Source of the DNA: Candidatus Obscuribacteraceae bacterium
Lineage (GTDB): Bacteria > Cyanobacteriota > Vampirovibrionia > Obscuribacterales > Obscuribacteraceae
Direction of reading: 5' to 3'
Assembly (NCBI GenBank): GCA_044226015.1
Contig: JBGAHS010000001.1
Coordinates: forward strand, 1,248,001-1,312,000
DNA: 64,000 bases
Position 1 is the stretch's first letter; each line of letters starts with the position of its first letter. The position numbers and the translations under genes are program-made. Shown one piece after another: positions 27,701-37,198 of the stretch. The notes beneath the pieces are model-generated. The model did no database searches. It had not been told where the DNA came from and saw nothing but the letters and a program-made list of their open reading frames with translations.

Positions 27701-30680
27701 GAACGCAACATCTCAAGTTGTGTCTGCATTCGACCCATACTTTGACCGTCCGCAATCGATTTCTAACGGCTGGGGACAATACAATTACAAATACTACCCT
27801 TATTACAAGGACGCGTTCTTCAACCCTGATAATGGCTGGACATCAATTGTTGTTGGCGGCATCCCCGAGGTGCCGAACGCGACAGACACCATCAGTATTG
27901 TCTTCTACAGCTCTAACCTCGCGGGAGGACAATATACTTTCAATTACACGGTTCCTGCCGGTGATGTTGGAAACACGAATCAGCTAGCAACGCATCTTTC
28001 AGCTGCTATCGATGCTGATACGACTTTGAACAATGCGGGAATCAATCCTAGCCTCAGCAGTAATTTTGTAATTCGAATTCACAACCAAACTGTGGACCTT
28101 CGGGTGGCACCGACGGCGACTGGCGGAACCATTGTCACCTGTGGCTCAGGCAAGCTGAGCGATGTCACTAACACTGTGATTTCTAACTCGCAAATTTCCT
28201 ACGGGTACGATGGCGAGGGCAGAACTCAAGCCAGGCTCATCAATGGAGGAAACAATCAATCCAGGTGGACCTTCGACGCGATGGGTCGAGTCACCACAGA
28301 GCTCAATCCATTAGGTACCTTCAACTATGCCTACATCGACAACACAGCGGGCTCTTCAAAGGGTGTAAATCGACTCGCCTCGATTACTTACCCGAACAGC
28401 CAGGTTACAAATTTCAGTTGGCTGCCGAACATCGGCGACCAGCGCTTACAACAAATTTCGAATCTAAGTCCGAGCGCGACTACCTTGTCGAAATTTGCCT
28501 ATGCCTACAATTCCGCCGGTGAAATCACGCAATGGCAGCAGCTGCAGAATAGCGTCAATACCCACCTCGGGCTGGCTTATGATAATGCTGGGCAGCTGAT
28601 TACAGCAGTTTCTGATTCGGGCACTCTGTTCAAAGCATACATAGCCGGAACGCCTCACGCAGGCGATGTCGTCTCAGTTACTGCCTATGATGCATCGCTG
28701 ACCGGCACGACGCCGGTTGGCCAAGAGACTGCATCTTATACAGTTGTCGGCGGTGACACATCGGCGACCATCGCCACAAATCTTGCTAGCGCAATTACTT
28801 CCGTGATGGGAACGAATCTGGGTCTGAGCGCATCAGCCAGCGGCAAAGTTATTTCCATAACTACATCAGCTACCCGTGCAACGCAATTCACTTCCGCGGT
28901 CAGCGGAGTTGGTGCCACGGATACCATCATCATGGACCGTGGTCAGCCAAGCGGCAACCGACACAGCCAGCTCTACTATGCCTATGATTGCGCAGGCAAT
29001 CGCACCGGGGTGCAAGGCGACAGCACTGGCAGCTTCGGAGCTGGCGGTCTGAACACAAACGCCACAGCCTATGGCTACAACAACCTGAACGAGCTAACAA
29101 ACTATGCTCCCGGTGGTCCAATCAGATTTGAAGGAAGCACCACGAACCCGATCATTTCTGCGGTGGCAAATGTCACGAAAACGGTCACCGTTACGGGCTC
29201 GGTTACTGCTGGCGACAAATTGACGGTTAGTGTCCATGACCCTGCCATCACAGCCGGAAAGGACATCACCTACACGGTTGTCGGAGGCAACACAACTACC
29301 GATATTGCGACTGGCTTGAAAAATCTAATCAATGCCGACTCTACCCTGTCTTCGCTAGGCATCACTGCCACTTCAAGTGCTAACGTCTTGACCATTACAT
29401 CGACTTCAGCCAACAAGACAATGTACTCGGCGAGCAAGAATACTGGAGCTAGCGAAACACTGACTCTCAACGCCTCAGCCTCGGACACTGCGCTAATCAG
29501 TCCTTCGACTGCATTCAGCTCAAACCCGAAGCTTGCATTGAGTTCGAATACTGTTAAGGTAACGGCTAAGAGTGGCGGCGGCACAGCGGCAACCAATTCG
29601 TATCCAATAAGCATCAACTCGGCGTCATCTGCGACACTGCAATACGACGCGAATGGCAATATGACGAGCGACGGAACAAACACCTACTCCTGGGATGCCG
29701 AAAATAGGCTGATTCAGATTACTTATCCGGGCTCGGGAAATAACACCCAATTTTCGTATGATGCACTTTCGCGCGCAACGAAAATCGAGGAGCGCACTGC
29801 TGGCAGTGTCACTTCGACGAAGCAACACCATTGGGCGGGACTGCAAAAACGTGAGGAGAGAGATGGAGCAGGAACTTTAACAAATGGCAAGCTTTTCTTT
29901 GCAGCTGGAGAAATTAGCTTCGTAAGCGGAGCAGCATCAAATTGCTTTTTCACGCAAGACCATTTGGGCTCAACCAGAGAGTTTACTAGCTCAATCGGAG
30001 GAACTTTTAGCGTTCAAGCTGTCTACGCCTATTCTCCCTATGGGAATGCCGTTAAAGTCGCTGGCAGCAATGACACCAATTTCCAATTCGCAGCGATGTA
30101 CACAAACTTGCGCTCTGGAGTTGTGCTCACTTTAAAGCGCGAATTTTCACCAACATTGGGGCGCTGGCTCAGCCGCGATCCCCTTGGCGAAATAGTATCC
30201 AATAATCTTTTTGATTATGCAGACAACAATCCGGTATTATTTGTTGATGTTTTGGGACTAGCACCGATTACCGGTCCCACCGTAATCGGTCCCGCTTGCC
30301 CCATAAAAGGAAGAGATCCTTGCGCAGATCTACTGGCAAGTATGGCAAGCCGAATTTCTCAAATAAACCATGAAGTTGAATTGATGTATTCGGACCCTGG
30401 AGACTTGTTCCATTTGGCTTATGCTACTCCTAATCCTGCGAAAACTGGACACCGATATACTTATTTCGGACACGCTATGGAAATTGAAAACTACCAAACC
30501 AGTCTTGGTAAAAGTTATAAAAAAGCTGTCGAGATGGGATGTTTAGGCATACCCACGTCTGAAGTAAAACGAGCGCTAAATGCGGAGATTCCTATGATGC
30601 CTGCGGGCGAAACTGAGCTTCACTTGTCTGGAAACGAACTGAAAGCAGTTATGAGAATGCTCAGTGGCGGAAAGAAATAA
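24783..30680 (+). CDS. Main RHS/YD-repeat protein, apparently 5'-truncated, with five inserted repeat domains and a C-terminal tip
   Basis: YD repeats, DHLGS, GRWLSRDP, DVLG. Begins at KIEDPTF..ETDGYF..IWGKG. The ORF part at 24507-24782 shadows the antisense gene. Confidence 0.9.
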   Translation: MPKIEDPTFDTDGTKWITAAALNSETDGYFMIPSDQMSAAWTLLDADQAKAIWGKGYALLPQQFKTPNCPKSPCTTGCSCPVNGMPKASAFSMNATLNIVDTPLSYSPPIGPDMGVVVNYNYNEAEQPSNFTFTNLGHNWSLNWLSYLTIDSTDPIHRIVKVRVRGGGYEQYTEPFGNRNPYSLAIIAEVNNAGVISWERRMPDGSVEKYERKNAAGDTFFLTQVVDPQNNAAVLSYSSNTVTDPGYFRLASITDACGNSPMTVTYDSNSSTDPGYYKVTSVADGFGRSASFAYSSDKSQLLSITDAVGNQSKFSYQTDTDSTFINLMVTPYGSTGFYRYTPAGATGAVPEGMTFTLPDGSSTRIENWLGELKYTYFWDREASEMYPDDAFNNVYTHCQTTRWLYTPNSVQTSIPSWTRKPLEAPVSYYFPGQTGWNQISGGFVRVQQMSQQLVPIKNTITIGGTITAGNIIKVELDDLGLPEGLTQVSYTVVAGDTTSTIAAGLVQSINNSTPLQAFGITATSVGNVVTVSSLTPNDFDSSKFVNKSGAVTETLTFTTGTNRVQNFTCSGTATAGQVYAITVTDSTLPGGSQTISYTVQTGDSNADIAQALSLGVNANANLQASKISSAWSSAFYIGVGQTPSSTANPVIGVQTNSTSSTTYSGTVNGAASANFSSATSAHGLVKANYNLYTDVGNPNPTAIIDQLGRRLDITYAANDIDVIKVLENAALHSSLVGYWTYGTVPHKPTAAYDSSLQHTLYTYQSNGELATVTDRNGATTTYNYNANSYLSSIDGPLSGNQDVTTFSFYGYGLPSSITDSEGYTLNFSYDGLNRLTSTAFPDGTTEDTRYNRLDAVMMSDRIGRWTQRTYDSMQNLVSEVDPLGRQTKYCWCHCGGLASLTDPAGNTTKWHHDLEGRVIQKEYADGSHYDYVYETTNSRIASISDAIQPTPQSTIFTYNLNDSVAVKRYANAVNATSQVVSAFDPYFDRPQSISNGWGQYNYKYYPYYKDAFFNPDNGWTSIVVGGIPEVPNATDTISIVFYSSNLAGGQYTFNYTVPAGDVGNTNQLATHLSAAIDADTTLNNAGINPSLSSNFVIRIHNQTVDLRVAPTATGGTIVTCGSGKLSDVTNTVISNSQISYGYDGEGRTQARLINGGNNQSRWTFDAMGRVTTELNPLGTFNYAYIDNTAGSSKGVNRLASITYPNSQVTNFSWLPNIGDQRLQQISNLSPSATTLSKFAYAYNSAGEITQWQQLQNSVNTHLGLAYDNAGQLITAVSDSGTLFKAYIAGTPHAGDVVSVTAYDASLTGTTPVGQETASYTVVGGDTSATIATNLASAITSVMGTNLGLSASASGKVISITTSATRATQFTSAVSGVGATDTIIMDRGQPSGNRHSQLYYAYDCAGNRTGVQGDSTGSFGAGGLNTNATAYGYNNLNELTNYAPGGPIRFEGSTTNPIISAVANVTKTVTVTGSVTAGDKLTVSVHDPAITAGKDITYTVVGGNTTTDIATGLKNLINADSTLSSLGITATSSANVLTITSTSANKTMYSASKNTGASETLTLNASASDTALISPSTAFSSNPKLALSSNTVKVTAKSGGGTAATNSYPISINSASSATLQYDANGNMTSDGTNTYSWDAENRLIQITYPGSGNNTQFSYDALSRATKIEERTAGSVTSTKQHHWAGLQKREERDGAGTLTNGKLFFAAGEISFVSGAASNCFFTQDHLGSTREFTSSIGGTFSVQAVYAYSPYGNAVKVAGSNDTNFQFAAMYTNLRSGVVLTLKREFSPTLGRWLSRDPLGEIVSNNLFDYADNNPVLFVDVLGLAPITGPTVIGPACPIKGRDPCADLLASMASRISQINHEVELMYSDPGDLFHLAYATPNPAKTGHRYTYFGHAMEIENYQTSLGKSYKKAVEMGCLGIPTSEVKRALNAEIPMMPAGETELHLSGNELKAVMRMLSGGKK
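29718..29763 (+). other. Expression-locus copy of the putative cassette recombination site
   Basis: Core CACCCAATTTTCGTATGA at 29744-29761 is identical in 11 orphan cassettes. Confidence 0.7.
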
Positions 30681-31317
30681 ATTGAAAGGACTCGAGGCAA
30701 CTATCGCTCAACTTTACGATTCCTTCGCAGAATATAGGCAAGGAAACATGAATTTGAGCAAGAGGCTCAAAAACATTAGCAACTCCGAAATATATCAGTA
30801 TGCCTCAGATGTGATAAATATTGCGGAGGTGGACGAATATCTGCATTACCTCCCGCGAATTTTGGAGTGTGCTACGGAATCTCAATGGCAGTTAGGGGAC
30901 ATCTTTCAAAATATCGGTATCTGTCTCCATTTTGGAACTGTAAGTTCTGAGCAAATTTCAACTTTGCGAGAATTCTTGCTGGAATGGTGGAGAATTCAAA
31001 TCCAGTCCCCTTGCACGATTACAACAATTTCTCCGATTGCTGAATTCTTGATAGACCTCAACCGAGGATTTGACGATTTAGAATGGCTTCTAGAGGTATG
31101 GACCGCTGAAAATAGCGATAACGCCTTTGCCAATCTTAGTGGAATGATCTATACCGCAGTGATGCATAAGGCATTATTTTCTGAGGAATTGAGCAGGCAA
31201 ATAACTCGATGGTTGAGTTGTGAATCTACTAGAAGTTGGATTGCTTTTGGAATGCAACAATACAGTGGACAGCCGTGGTGTAGCGAGTTAGTAGAAAATC
31301 TCAGCTACATCTCCTAA
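30664..31317 (+). CDS. Putative immunity protein of the main RHS tip
   Basis: Overlaps the RHS stop; helical protein with YLHYLPRILE. Confidence 0.7.
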   Translation: MAERNKLKGLEATIAQLYDSFAEYRQGNMNLSKRLKNISNSEIYQYASDVINIAEVDEYLHYLPRILECATESQWQLGDIFQNIGICLHFGTVSSEQISTLREFLLEWWRIQIQSPCTITTISPIAEFLIDLNRGFDDLEWLLEVWTAENSDNAFANLSGMIYTAVMHKALFSEELSRQITRWLSCESTRSWIAFGMQQYSGQPWCSELVENLSYIS

Positions 31318-31435
31318 TGAAGCAGGGGGTGGGTTGGCGAGTTTAATTGTGGAAACTGGGGACTAACGACGATGCAAACTCACACTTTAAGAATTCCCGT
31401 GTGCGGAGGAAATAGGCGCGACGACATCCAGCACA

Positions 31436-31886
31436 CTCTTGTAGCAAAGCTTCAGAGATTTTTTGCTTATCACTGTTGACTATAGGCATGCTATGCGTGT
31501 TTCAAAAGTCGTCGAATTGCGTCTGCGTACGCAAGGATCAAAGAACTATAGACTGAACGAGGAAGAAATGATTTCCATGCTCTAGTAATAGAGTAATAGA
31601 CAAGGTTTGTTAGGACAACCTGAAAGAACCGAGGATGCGGCTACGCGCAAAAAAAATAATTGTGTTTGAGGCGTATCTGCAAAGCAGCAGACTAAGCTGA
31701 ATTAAGAATTAAAAGTGATCAGACACCTAAGGAACCTGCAAGATAACAGTCAAGCACCCGCTAGCACCAGATCATTTTTCTTTTGCAGCACGGCACATGT
31801 TCCGACTTTTGCTTAGTGCATTGACCTCATTTCATCAGCGAGATCAAGTCCTCACGCACTGGAAACATCACCCAATTTTCGTATGA
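31436..31886 (+). repeat. 451-bp inverted repeat, right copy; includes recombinase fragment copy C (31436-31523) and the cassette 11 site
   Basis: Reverse complement of 23658-24108. Identity ends exactly at the 3' end of the 18-bp core. Confidence 0.92.
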
Positions 31887-32787
31887 CGGCTTCGGAAAGT
31901 GCATCAAAATTGTAGAGACGACCGCCGGGTCCGTAACGAGTACTAAAAGCTTCGTCTTTCGGGGCAAGGGGAGGTGCGAAGCTCGTGATGCGTCCGGGAA
32001 CGTGACCGCTCAATTCTTTGCACTGGGACAGACGATAGGCGGCAGCTCCTGCTATTACACAGTCCGGCACGACGGCTCCAAGTGCGAGATGACGAACAGC
32101 ACCGGCACCATTGTCTGGCAGCAGAGCTTTGATCCTTATGGACTTCCGACGACAATAATCAACACCACCGCTGGTGACTTCGGTTATTGCGGTTACTACG
32201 TGCATAGTCGTTCAGGGCTGAATTTAACACGCACAAGGGCCTATAGTGCCAGCCTTGGCAGATTCATCAACCGTGATCCGATTGAGGAAGCCGGGGGCGT
32301 GAATCTTTATGCATACGTTGCAAATGACCCGGTGGAATGGTCAGATCCGTCCGGACATAACCCACTTGCAGGACTATTGGTGGGTCTCAGTCCGGAGGGT
32401 GCAGCAGCATTGGCTGGTGCGTTAACGGCGCTTGGAATTGCTGGGAACTGGCTGCAGAACAATGCCCAGCAGTTAGGCAAGAATATCGGCGATTTTATGA
32501 ATCAGATGGGTAAAAACCGCGCCGATAAAGACCAAGAGCGCGAGGAAAAGCGCGGCAAAGCGGCTAAGCCGAAAAAATGTGATCGAAAACCGAACTATCA
32601 GAATACGCCTCAAGGGCAACAAGCGCAGAACGCACAAGCGGAGGCAGCCAAGCAAGCTGCGGAACAGGCAACCGGGCAGGAAATGACACCTGATCAAGAG
32701 AGACAATTTCACGATAACATTAGTCATCAGGATCTCGGGTTCGAGGATCTGGTTGGTGAAGCGACGCGCATTCTAAACGGAAACTGA
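31861..32787 (+). CDS. Orphan RHS cassette 11; divergent core, helical tip
   Basis: GNITQFSYDGFGKCIKIVE..., RFINRDP, DPSG. Tip AQNAQ..DQERQFHDNIS. Confidence 0.85.
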   Translation, partial: GNITQFSYDGFGKCIKIVETTAGSVTSTKSFVFRGKGRCEARDASGNVTAQFFALGQTIGGSSCYYTVRHDGSKCEMTNSTGTIVWQQSFDPYGLPTTIINTTAGDFGYCGYYVHSRSGLNLTRTRAYSASLGRFINRDPIEEAGGVNLYAYVANDPVEWSDPSGHNPLAGLLVGLSPEGAAALAGALTALGIAGNWLQNNAQQLGKNIGDFMNQMGKNRADKDQEREEKRGKAAKPKKCDRKPNYQNTPQGQQAQNAQAEAAKQAAEQATGQEMTPDQERQFHDNISHQDLGFEDLVGEATRILNGN

Positions 32788-32788
32788 C

Positions 32789-33262
32789 ATGCCAAAAATC
32801 GGTCCAGAATATTACGGCGCAGTCAGCCTGCTTTTCATGAGCGAGAGTTCCGATCCTAGTGAAATCACTAAGTTACTAGGGACTGCTCCTACCGAAAGCT
32901 GGAGGAAGGGAGACCATCCAACTGGCAGCTTTAAGCGTAAGCAGTCGACCTGGCGATTGAAGAATCCAAAGGAAGACACCTACCGCCAATTAGAGAGCGA
33001 GATTATTTATTGGTTGGATTTTCTGCGTGATAGGCAGGAGCCCTTAACGCAGGCGAGGCTCCTCGGCTGGAGCTGCATCTTAGACTGCTTCATCTCAGCG
33101 CCAAGCACCATTACGCTGAACTTCACTGCCGATAAGTTGCGACTGTTAGCTGAGATCGGTGCCGATTTGTCAATCAACTGTTTTCGAACAACTCCAGAAC
33201 GATTTGAAAGGGGACTAAGGCAAAGTAAGCGATCTAGGCAAGTTGGTGGGAACAGTGATTAG
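32789..33262 (+). CDS. DUF4279-like immunity protein
   Basis: DPSEITKLLGTAPTESWRKGD..STWRL; starts 1 bp after the toxin stop. Confidence 0.7.
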   Translation: MPKIGPEYYGAVSLLFMSESSDPSEITKLLGTAPTESWRKGDHPTGSFKRKQSTWRLKNPKEDTYRQLESEIIYWLDFLRDRQEPLTQARLLGWSCILDCFISAPSTITLNFTADKLRLLAEIGADLSINCFRTTPERFERGLRQSKRSRQVGGNSD

Positions 33263-33422
33263 ATCTATAGCGATGGGCCGGGCCCGGCAACAATAGCCAG
33301 TTCTCATGGTCCTGAGAAGAAAAAGATTCGTTGTGCCGAGAAGGCGCTAGGATGTGTGCCTAGTAGACAAACTCGCGGCTGCGGCGACGATTGCTGCCGT
33401 TAAGGCTGGGAGGACGCGTGTC

Positions 33423-33700
33423 ATGGGTTGGTATTCTTTGGCAAAAATAACCTCAACTTTTCCCACCGAGGCGGACATGCCATTTCCCCGTCTGGTCGAG
33501 GAAGCGATTGTCCTTGTTGAGGCCGCCAATCTGCCTGAGGCGCACACAAAGCTCCAACACAACTGAGTTTAGCAGTCGGTGAGACGTTAGAGGTTGTGTA
33601 CATTTCGGATTGGGGAGGTAAACCATTTTTTGCCGCCACTTAGCTTGAATTCTTTCCGTTTCGCATGCTTCCCAGATGGGATGTATAAAGTGACGCACCA
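33423..33700 (+). pseudogene. Possible DUF4288-like remnant
   Basis: MGWY...VEEAIVLVEAANLPEAHTK followed by an early stop. Confidence 0.3.
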
Positions 33701-33883
33701 TTGCTTTTATCGCCGCTAAATGTTGTTTGTTCATCAAAGGGCTAATACCTCCAACTGACATTGACAATTTTCTTTGTTCACTTCTGAGTATCCGTCCGCC
33801 ACGGGACGTGGTTGTTAACCTCCGTGAAAATATGAGATCACTATTGTGTTAGTGATACTGAGTTTGTGATGATTGACAGTTTG

Positions 33884-35458
33884 CTAAGTGATGAAGCTCG
33901 TGGCTTTCTTCCAACGATCCGGAAGGAATTGATCAATCTCAGACAACTTTGTCTGATTGATCTTGGCGAAGACATCAGCCAAGTATTCAACGGGGTTCAA
34001 TCCATTCCGCTTTGCCGAGGCTATCAGTGTGAAGTGTATTGCAAGGGCTTTGGCTCCTGCTTCAGACCCCGCAAACAGGAAGTTCTTTCTAGACAAAACG
34101 AATTGTTTGATTTCGCGTTCCGAGGCATTGTTATCGACTTCGATCTCCGGATTTTTAAGAAAGCGCGTAAGAGCTCTCCAGTGATTCAAAGAATAGTTAG
34201 CAGCCTCGGCCAAAAGATGGCTGGGCGAAAACAATTTCTTGTTTTTAGAGTGAATGTGCCGAAGCTCTCTCATCAATGGCTTCGAGAATCTTCGGCGAAG
34301 CGCGAGTCTGGCATCCGGGCTCAGCTTCTTTCCCCGTTTCTCAATTTTGTAAATGCGCTCGTAAATGTCGAGCATCTTTCCCGCAATCTCCAATTCCATG
34401 ATTTGAGCGTTGAAGATTCTGCGCCTGGCGTGTGTGTTGCAGCCAGCTTCAGTGGCGCCATTACCGAGTTCATCCTTCTCGAACAGGGCATCGAAACCAC
34501 TGGCCGCATCAGCTTGAATGATGCCAAAGTAGCCTTTGAAGAAATCTTTGTTTACTTGGAAATTAAGTGACTTCGAATAGAGGAAAGCCACAAGCTTATG
34601 CGAGGTGTCGCCGCGGCACACAATCATTTTGCTTCTCCGAATCTTTTTCATGTTGCTGGGAGTTCGGTCTTGAACTTTGATTTGGGTTTCATCGGTTTGT
34701 ACTACTCTGGATTTCAGAATCTCGCGTTTGATCAATTCGTAGAGAGGTTCAACTGCCAGCGACAATGCGATGAACCAGTCGCACTGTGTAGAGCGAGGAA
34801 TCGGAATAGAATCCCGAGCAAACTTTTTCTCTTGTCTGAAGTTTGGCAAACCGTATTCAACCTTGTCGCTGACAATTTGCGCCAGAAGAGTAGGACCAGC
34901 GTAACTGCCAGGAATTGGCAGTTCGGGCTTATGGGCTTTACGAATATACTGTTTGCATTTTGGGCACGCTCTTGTTTCCTGCTGGTGCTCGATGTGCTTC
35001 AACGAACGAAGTATGGTTTCAAGTTCGTGGGTGACTTTGTTGCAAACGAATTTTGTTTCGACGTTACAGTTAGGGCAAATTCTCTCACTATCGGGAACCA
35101 GGTGCTGCGTGATTTCATCAACGGGAAGATCGGCCAACGCTGTGTCTCGAACCAGCTCGTCATCATTTCGTTGTCTACGGTCCGAAACTGTCGGCGCTGG
35201 TCTAGGATTTCTTCCTTCTGATTTGCTGCCGAATTGACTCCGATCTCTATTTTTCTTTTTTGCAATTAGCAAGTCTAGTTTCTCTTGGACCTGTGAAAGC
35301 TGGCGCAAGAGTTCTGCGTTGCCTTCGAGAGCAGTCTGCAGAGTTTTTTGCATCTCTGAAAGCTGTTTTTTTAGTAGCTCATTTTTTTCGCGCTCGGCTT
35401 GGAAGAGCTGTTTGAAGTCTGATTCGATTTCTGGTTCGGATTCTGGCAATGCGAGCAC
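33884..35458 (-). CDS. tnpC: IS66 transposase TnpC
   Basis: Coiled coil, FGSKSE, zinc finger, TDET, CNTHARR, DNNASEREIK. Confidence 0.95.
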   Translation of the reverse strand: MLALPESEPEIESDFKQLFQAEREKNELLKKQLSEMQKTLQTALEGNAELLRQLSQVQEKLDLLIAKKKNRDRSQFGSKSEGRNPRPAPTVSDRRQRNDDELVRDTALADLPVDEITQHLVPDSERICPNCNVETKFVCNKVTHELETILRSLKHIEHQQETRACPKCKQYIRKAHKPELPIPGSYAGPTLLAQIVSDKVEYGLPNFRQEKKFARDSIPIPRSTQCDWFIALSLAVEPLYELIKREILKSRVVQTDETQIKVQDRTPSNMKKIRRSKMIVCRGDTSHKLVAFLYSKSLNFQVNKDFFKGYFGIIQADAASGFDALFEKDELGNGATEAGCNTHARRRIFNAQIMELEIAGKMLDIYERIYKIEKRGKKLSPDARLALRRRFSKPLMRELRHIHSKNKKLFSPSHLLAEAANYSLNHWRALTRFLKNPEIEVDNNASEREIKQFVLSRKNFLFAGSEAGAKALAIHFTLIASAKRNGLNPVEYLADVFAKINQTKLSEIDQFLPDRWKKATSFIT

Positions 35459-35657
35459 CTTCGGCTGATTGCCTAATTATGATCCATGATGTATCTAAAG
35501 GACAGAGGAGGCAGCAATCAATTTGAGGAGATCAGCGAGATTTCATTTAGCCATCATATCTGGTGGCTAAAATATCGAGACGTTGCAATTCAGGTTCTGA
35601 TATCGTTATATTATGTTTCACTCCTCGTTTCGTCAAAAGCTTATGAATAGGCAATTT

Positions 35658-36074
35658 TCAGCGAGCCAGAGTTTTCACAAGTACTTTTGGGGTAGTCCCA
35701 GCCTTTCGATCCCGGTGAGGTTGGCGATATCGTTTTAGCCGTTTTACAGAGGCAGTGTCTATTCCTTCAAGAAGCATGATCAGATCCGCGCGCTCAATTT
35801 GAACTGGTTCGTACTCCCCATTGACGAACTTAACTTCTGGAAATTGGAAAGTTCCAGACTCAAGCCGCTTAGAATAAATAGCCCAGCCATCCAGGTCCCA
35901 CCACAATATCTTGATGAATTTGCTACGCCCTCCGTGAAAGATGAACAGGCTTCCGGAATATGGGTCTTCAGCGAAGTGATTGCGTGCAAGTTCAAGCAAC
36001 CCATCAAACGAACGCCTCATGTCGGCTGGTTTTGTGCAAACAAAAATGCGAGTGGCTGGAGTAAGTTGAAACAC
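35658..36074 (-). CDS. tnpB: IS66 accessory protein TnpB
   Basis: PADMRRSFDGL..KILWWDLDGW..KRLESG. Confidence 0.93.
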   Translation of the reverse strand: MFQLTPATRIFVCTKPADMRRSFDGLLELARNHFAEDPYSGSLFIFHGGRSKFIKILWWDLDGWAIYSKRLESGTFQFPEVKFVNGEYEPVQIERADLIMLLEGIDTASVKRLKRYRQPHRDRKAGTTPKVLVKTLAR

Positions 36075-36089
36075 TTTGAATTCTCCGTT

Positions 36090-36665
36090 CTATTTATGCT
36101 CGACAGGTTTGCTGTTACGTAATCCGTTAATTAGTCGCACGATTAGATCCACTGATGCGGTATTGCTACAAGAAATGCATGTGCCATCGATTAGTGTTAC
36201 TAGAATCGTTTCGTCGAGAGACTTTACTGGTTCCGAAGACGGTGGGGAGTTACCCGATATCTCCACTGGAATGAAGGCTGGGGGCTGAACTGCTTGCCCA
36301 GTTTGCGCCGGTCTTCGTCCGAGCTTGGTCTGCCAGTAGTGCAAGGAACCACTGGTAATCCCATGCTCTTTGCAGAAATCCCTAATGCTGCCACGATATT
36401 GCTCCAAGTCAGAAAAGATTTGAGTCCAATATTTGGTTCGGGATTTAAGTTGTGAGGGGCGGTTCTCCCCGATGCTTATTTCTGATTCGAGTCCTTTTTC
36501 TTCATCGCGCCTGCGGAGTTCTGCTCGCCAAAATTGAAATGTATTTGGCGATATGTTTTCAATTGCGCAAAACTTTTTGAATGGCAGTTGGCTCGCTTGA
36601 AATTTCTTCAATATCTCGCGCCAGTATCGCTCCCTTTCGGGATCCACCCTTCGTTTCTTTCTCAT
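36090..36665 (-). CDS. tnpA: IS66 TnpA with two HTH-like repeats
   Basis: FCAIENISPNTFQFW and FCKEHGITSGSLHYW, then FIPVE. Confidence 0.85.
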   Translation of the reverse strand: MRKKRRVDPERERYWREILKKFQASQLPFKKFCAIENISPNTFQFWRAELRRRDEEKGLESEISIGENRPSQLKSRTKYWTQIFSDLEQYRGSIRDFCKEHGITSGSLHYWQTKLGRRPAQTGQAVQPPAFIPVEISGNSPPSSEPVKSLDETILVTLIDGTCISCSNTASVDLIVRLINGLRNSKPVEHK

Positions 36666-36846
36666 CCCATTCCTTAACCAAACCAGAATCGCACGATTCC
36701 TGAACCGGCTTCGATTCTTTGCTAATGCTTGTTTGTTCCGACAACAGTCAATCACTTCGGTACTCTTGTCGCGAACTTCTTTATCAAATCATTTTTGCGC
36801 AGATGCCTCTACCACGCTCCACCTCGGACGGATACACTTCTGAAGC

Positions 36847-36877
36847 AAAGATAGCCGAAAAGGATTCGGCTATCTTT
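36847..36877. promoter_or_regulatory. 13-bp perfect hairpin upstream of the recombinase fragment
   Basis: AAAGATAGCCGAA-AAGGA-TTCGGCTATCTTT; a degenerate copy lies at 24261-24296. Confidence 0.55.
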
Positions 36878-36964
36878 TCCTTTGCACTGGTGTTTTCGCA
36901 TATTTCAAACCGCATATCTCTCCAAACACCATTTCGGCTAAGCTGAAATGGAAAATCGAGAAAT

Positions 36965-37163
36965 TTGCCACCGATGAAACAAAAAAACCTTGATCGAAGA
37001 GCTCTAGGAAGCTGAGGTAAAAGACCAGGCACTTGCAGCAATGAAACTTGGACGACAAGGCTTCAGAAATGTTTTGCTTATCACCGTTGCCTACCGACAT
37101 GCCATGCGTGTTTCCGAGGTTGCCGAATTGCGTCCTTCTCACCCGGCGGTTTGGCGTGAATAA
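36965..37163 (+). pseudogene. FimB/FimE-like recombinase 5' fragment (copy D, best preserved)
   Basis: EVKDQALAAMKLGRQGFRNVLLITVAYRHAMRVSEVAELRPS matches box I of catalytic-domain-only tyrosine recombinases. Confidence 0.8.
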
Positions 37164-37198
37164 CTTCTTACTGCGCTGAAATCAAGACTTCTCCCACC

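Larger units (their letters stand above)
33788..36835 (-). mobile_element. Complete IS66-family element
   Basis: Terminal IR GTATCCGTCCG/CGGACGGATAC; 8-bp target duplication ACTTCTGA at 33780-33787 and 36836-36843; tnpABC. Confidence 0.95.

Noticed and set aside
29744..29775. Cassette site as a dif/pdif or loxP site (TTTCGTATGA)
   Set aside because: Only one half-site is similar; there is no XerD arm and no loxP symmetry.
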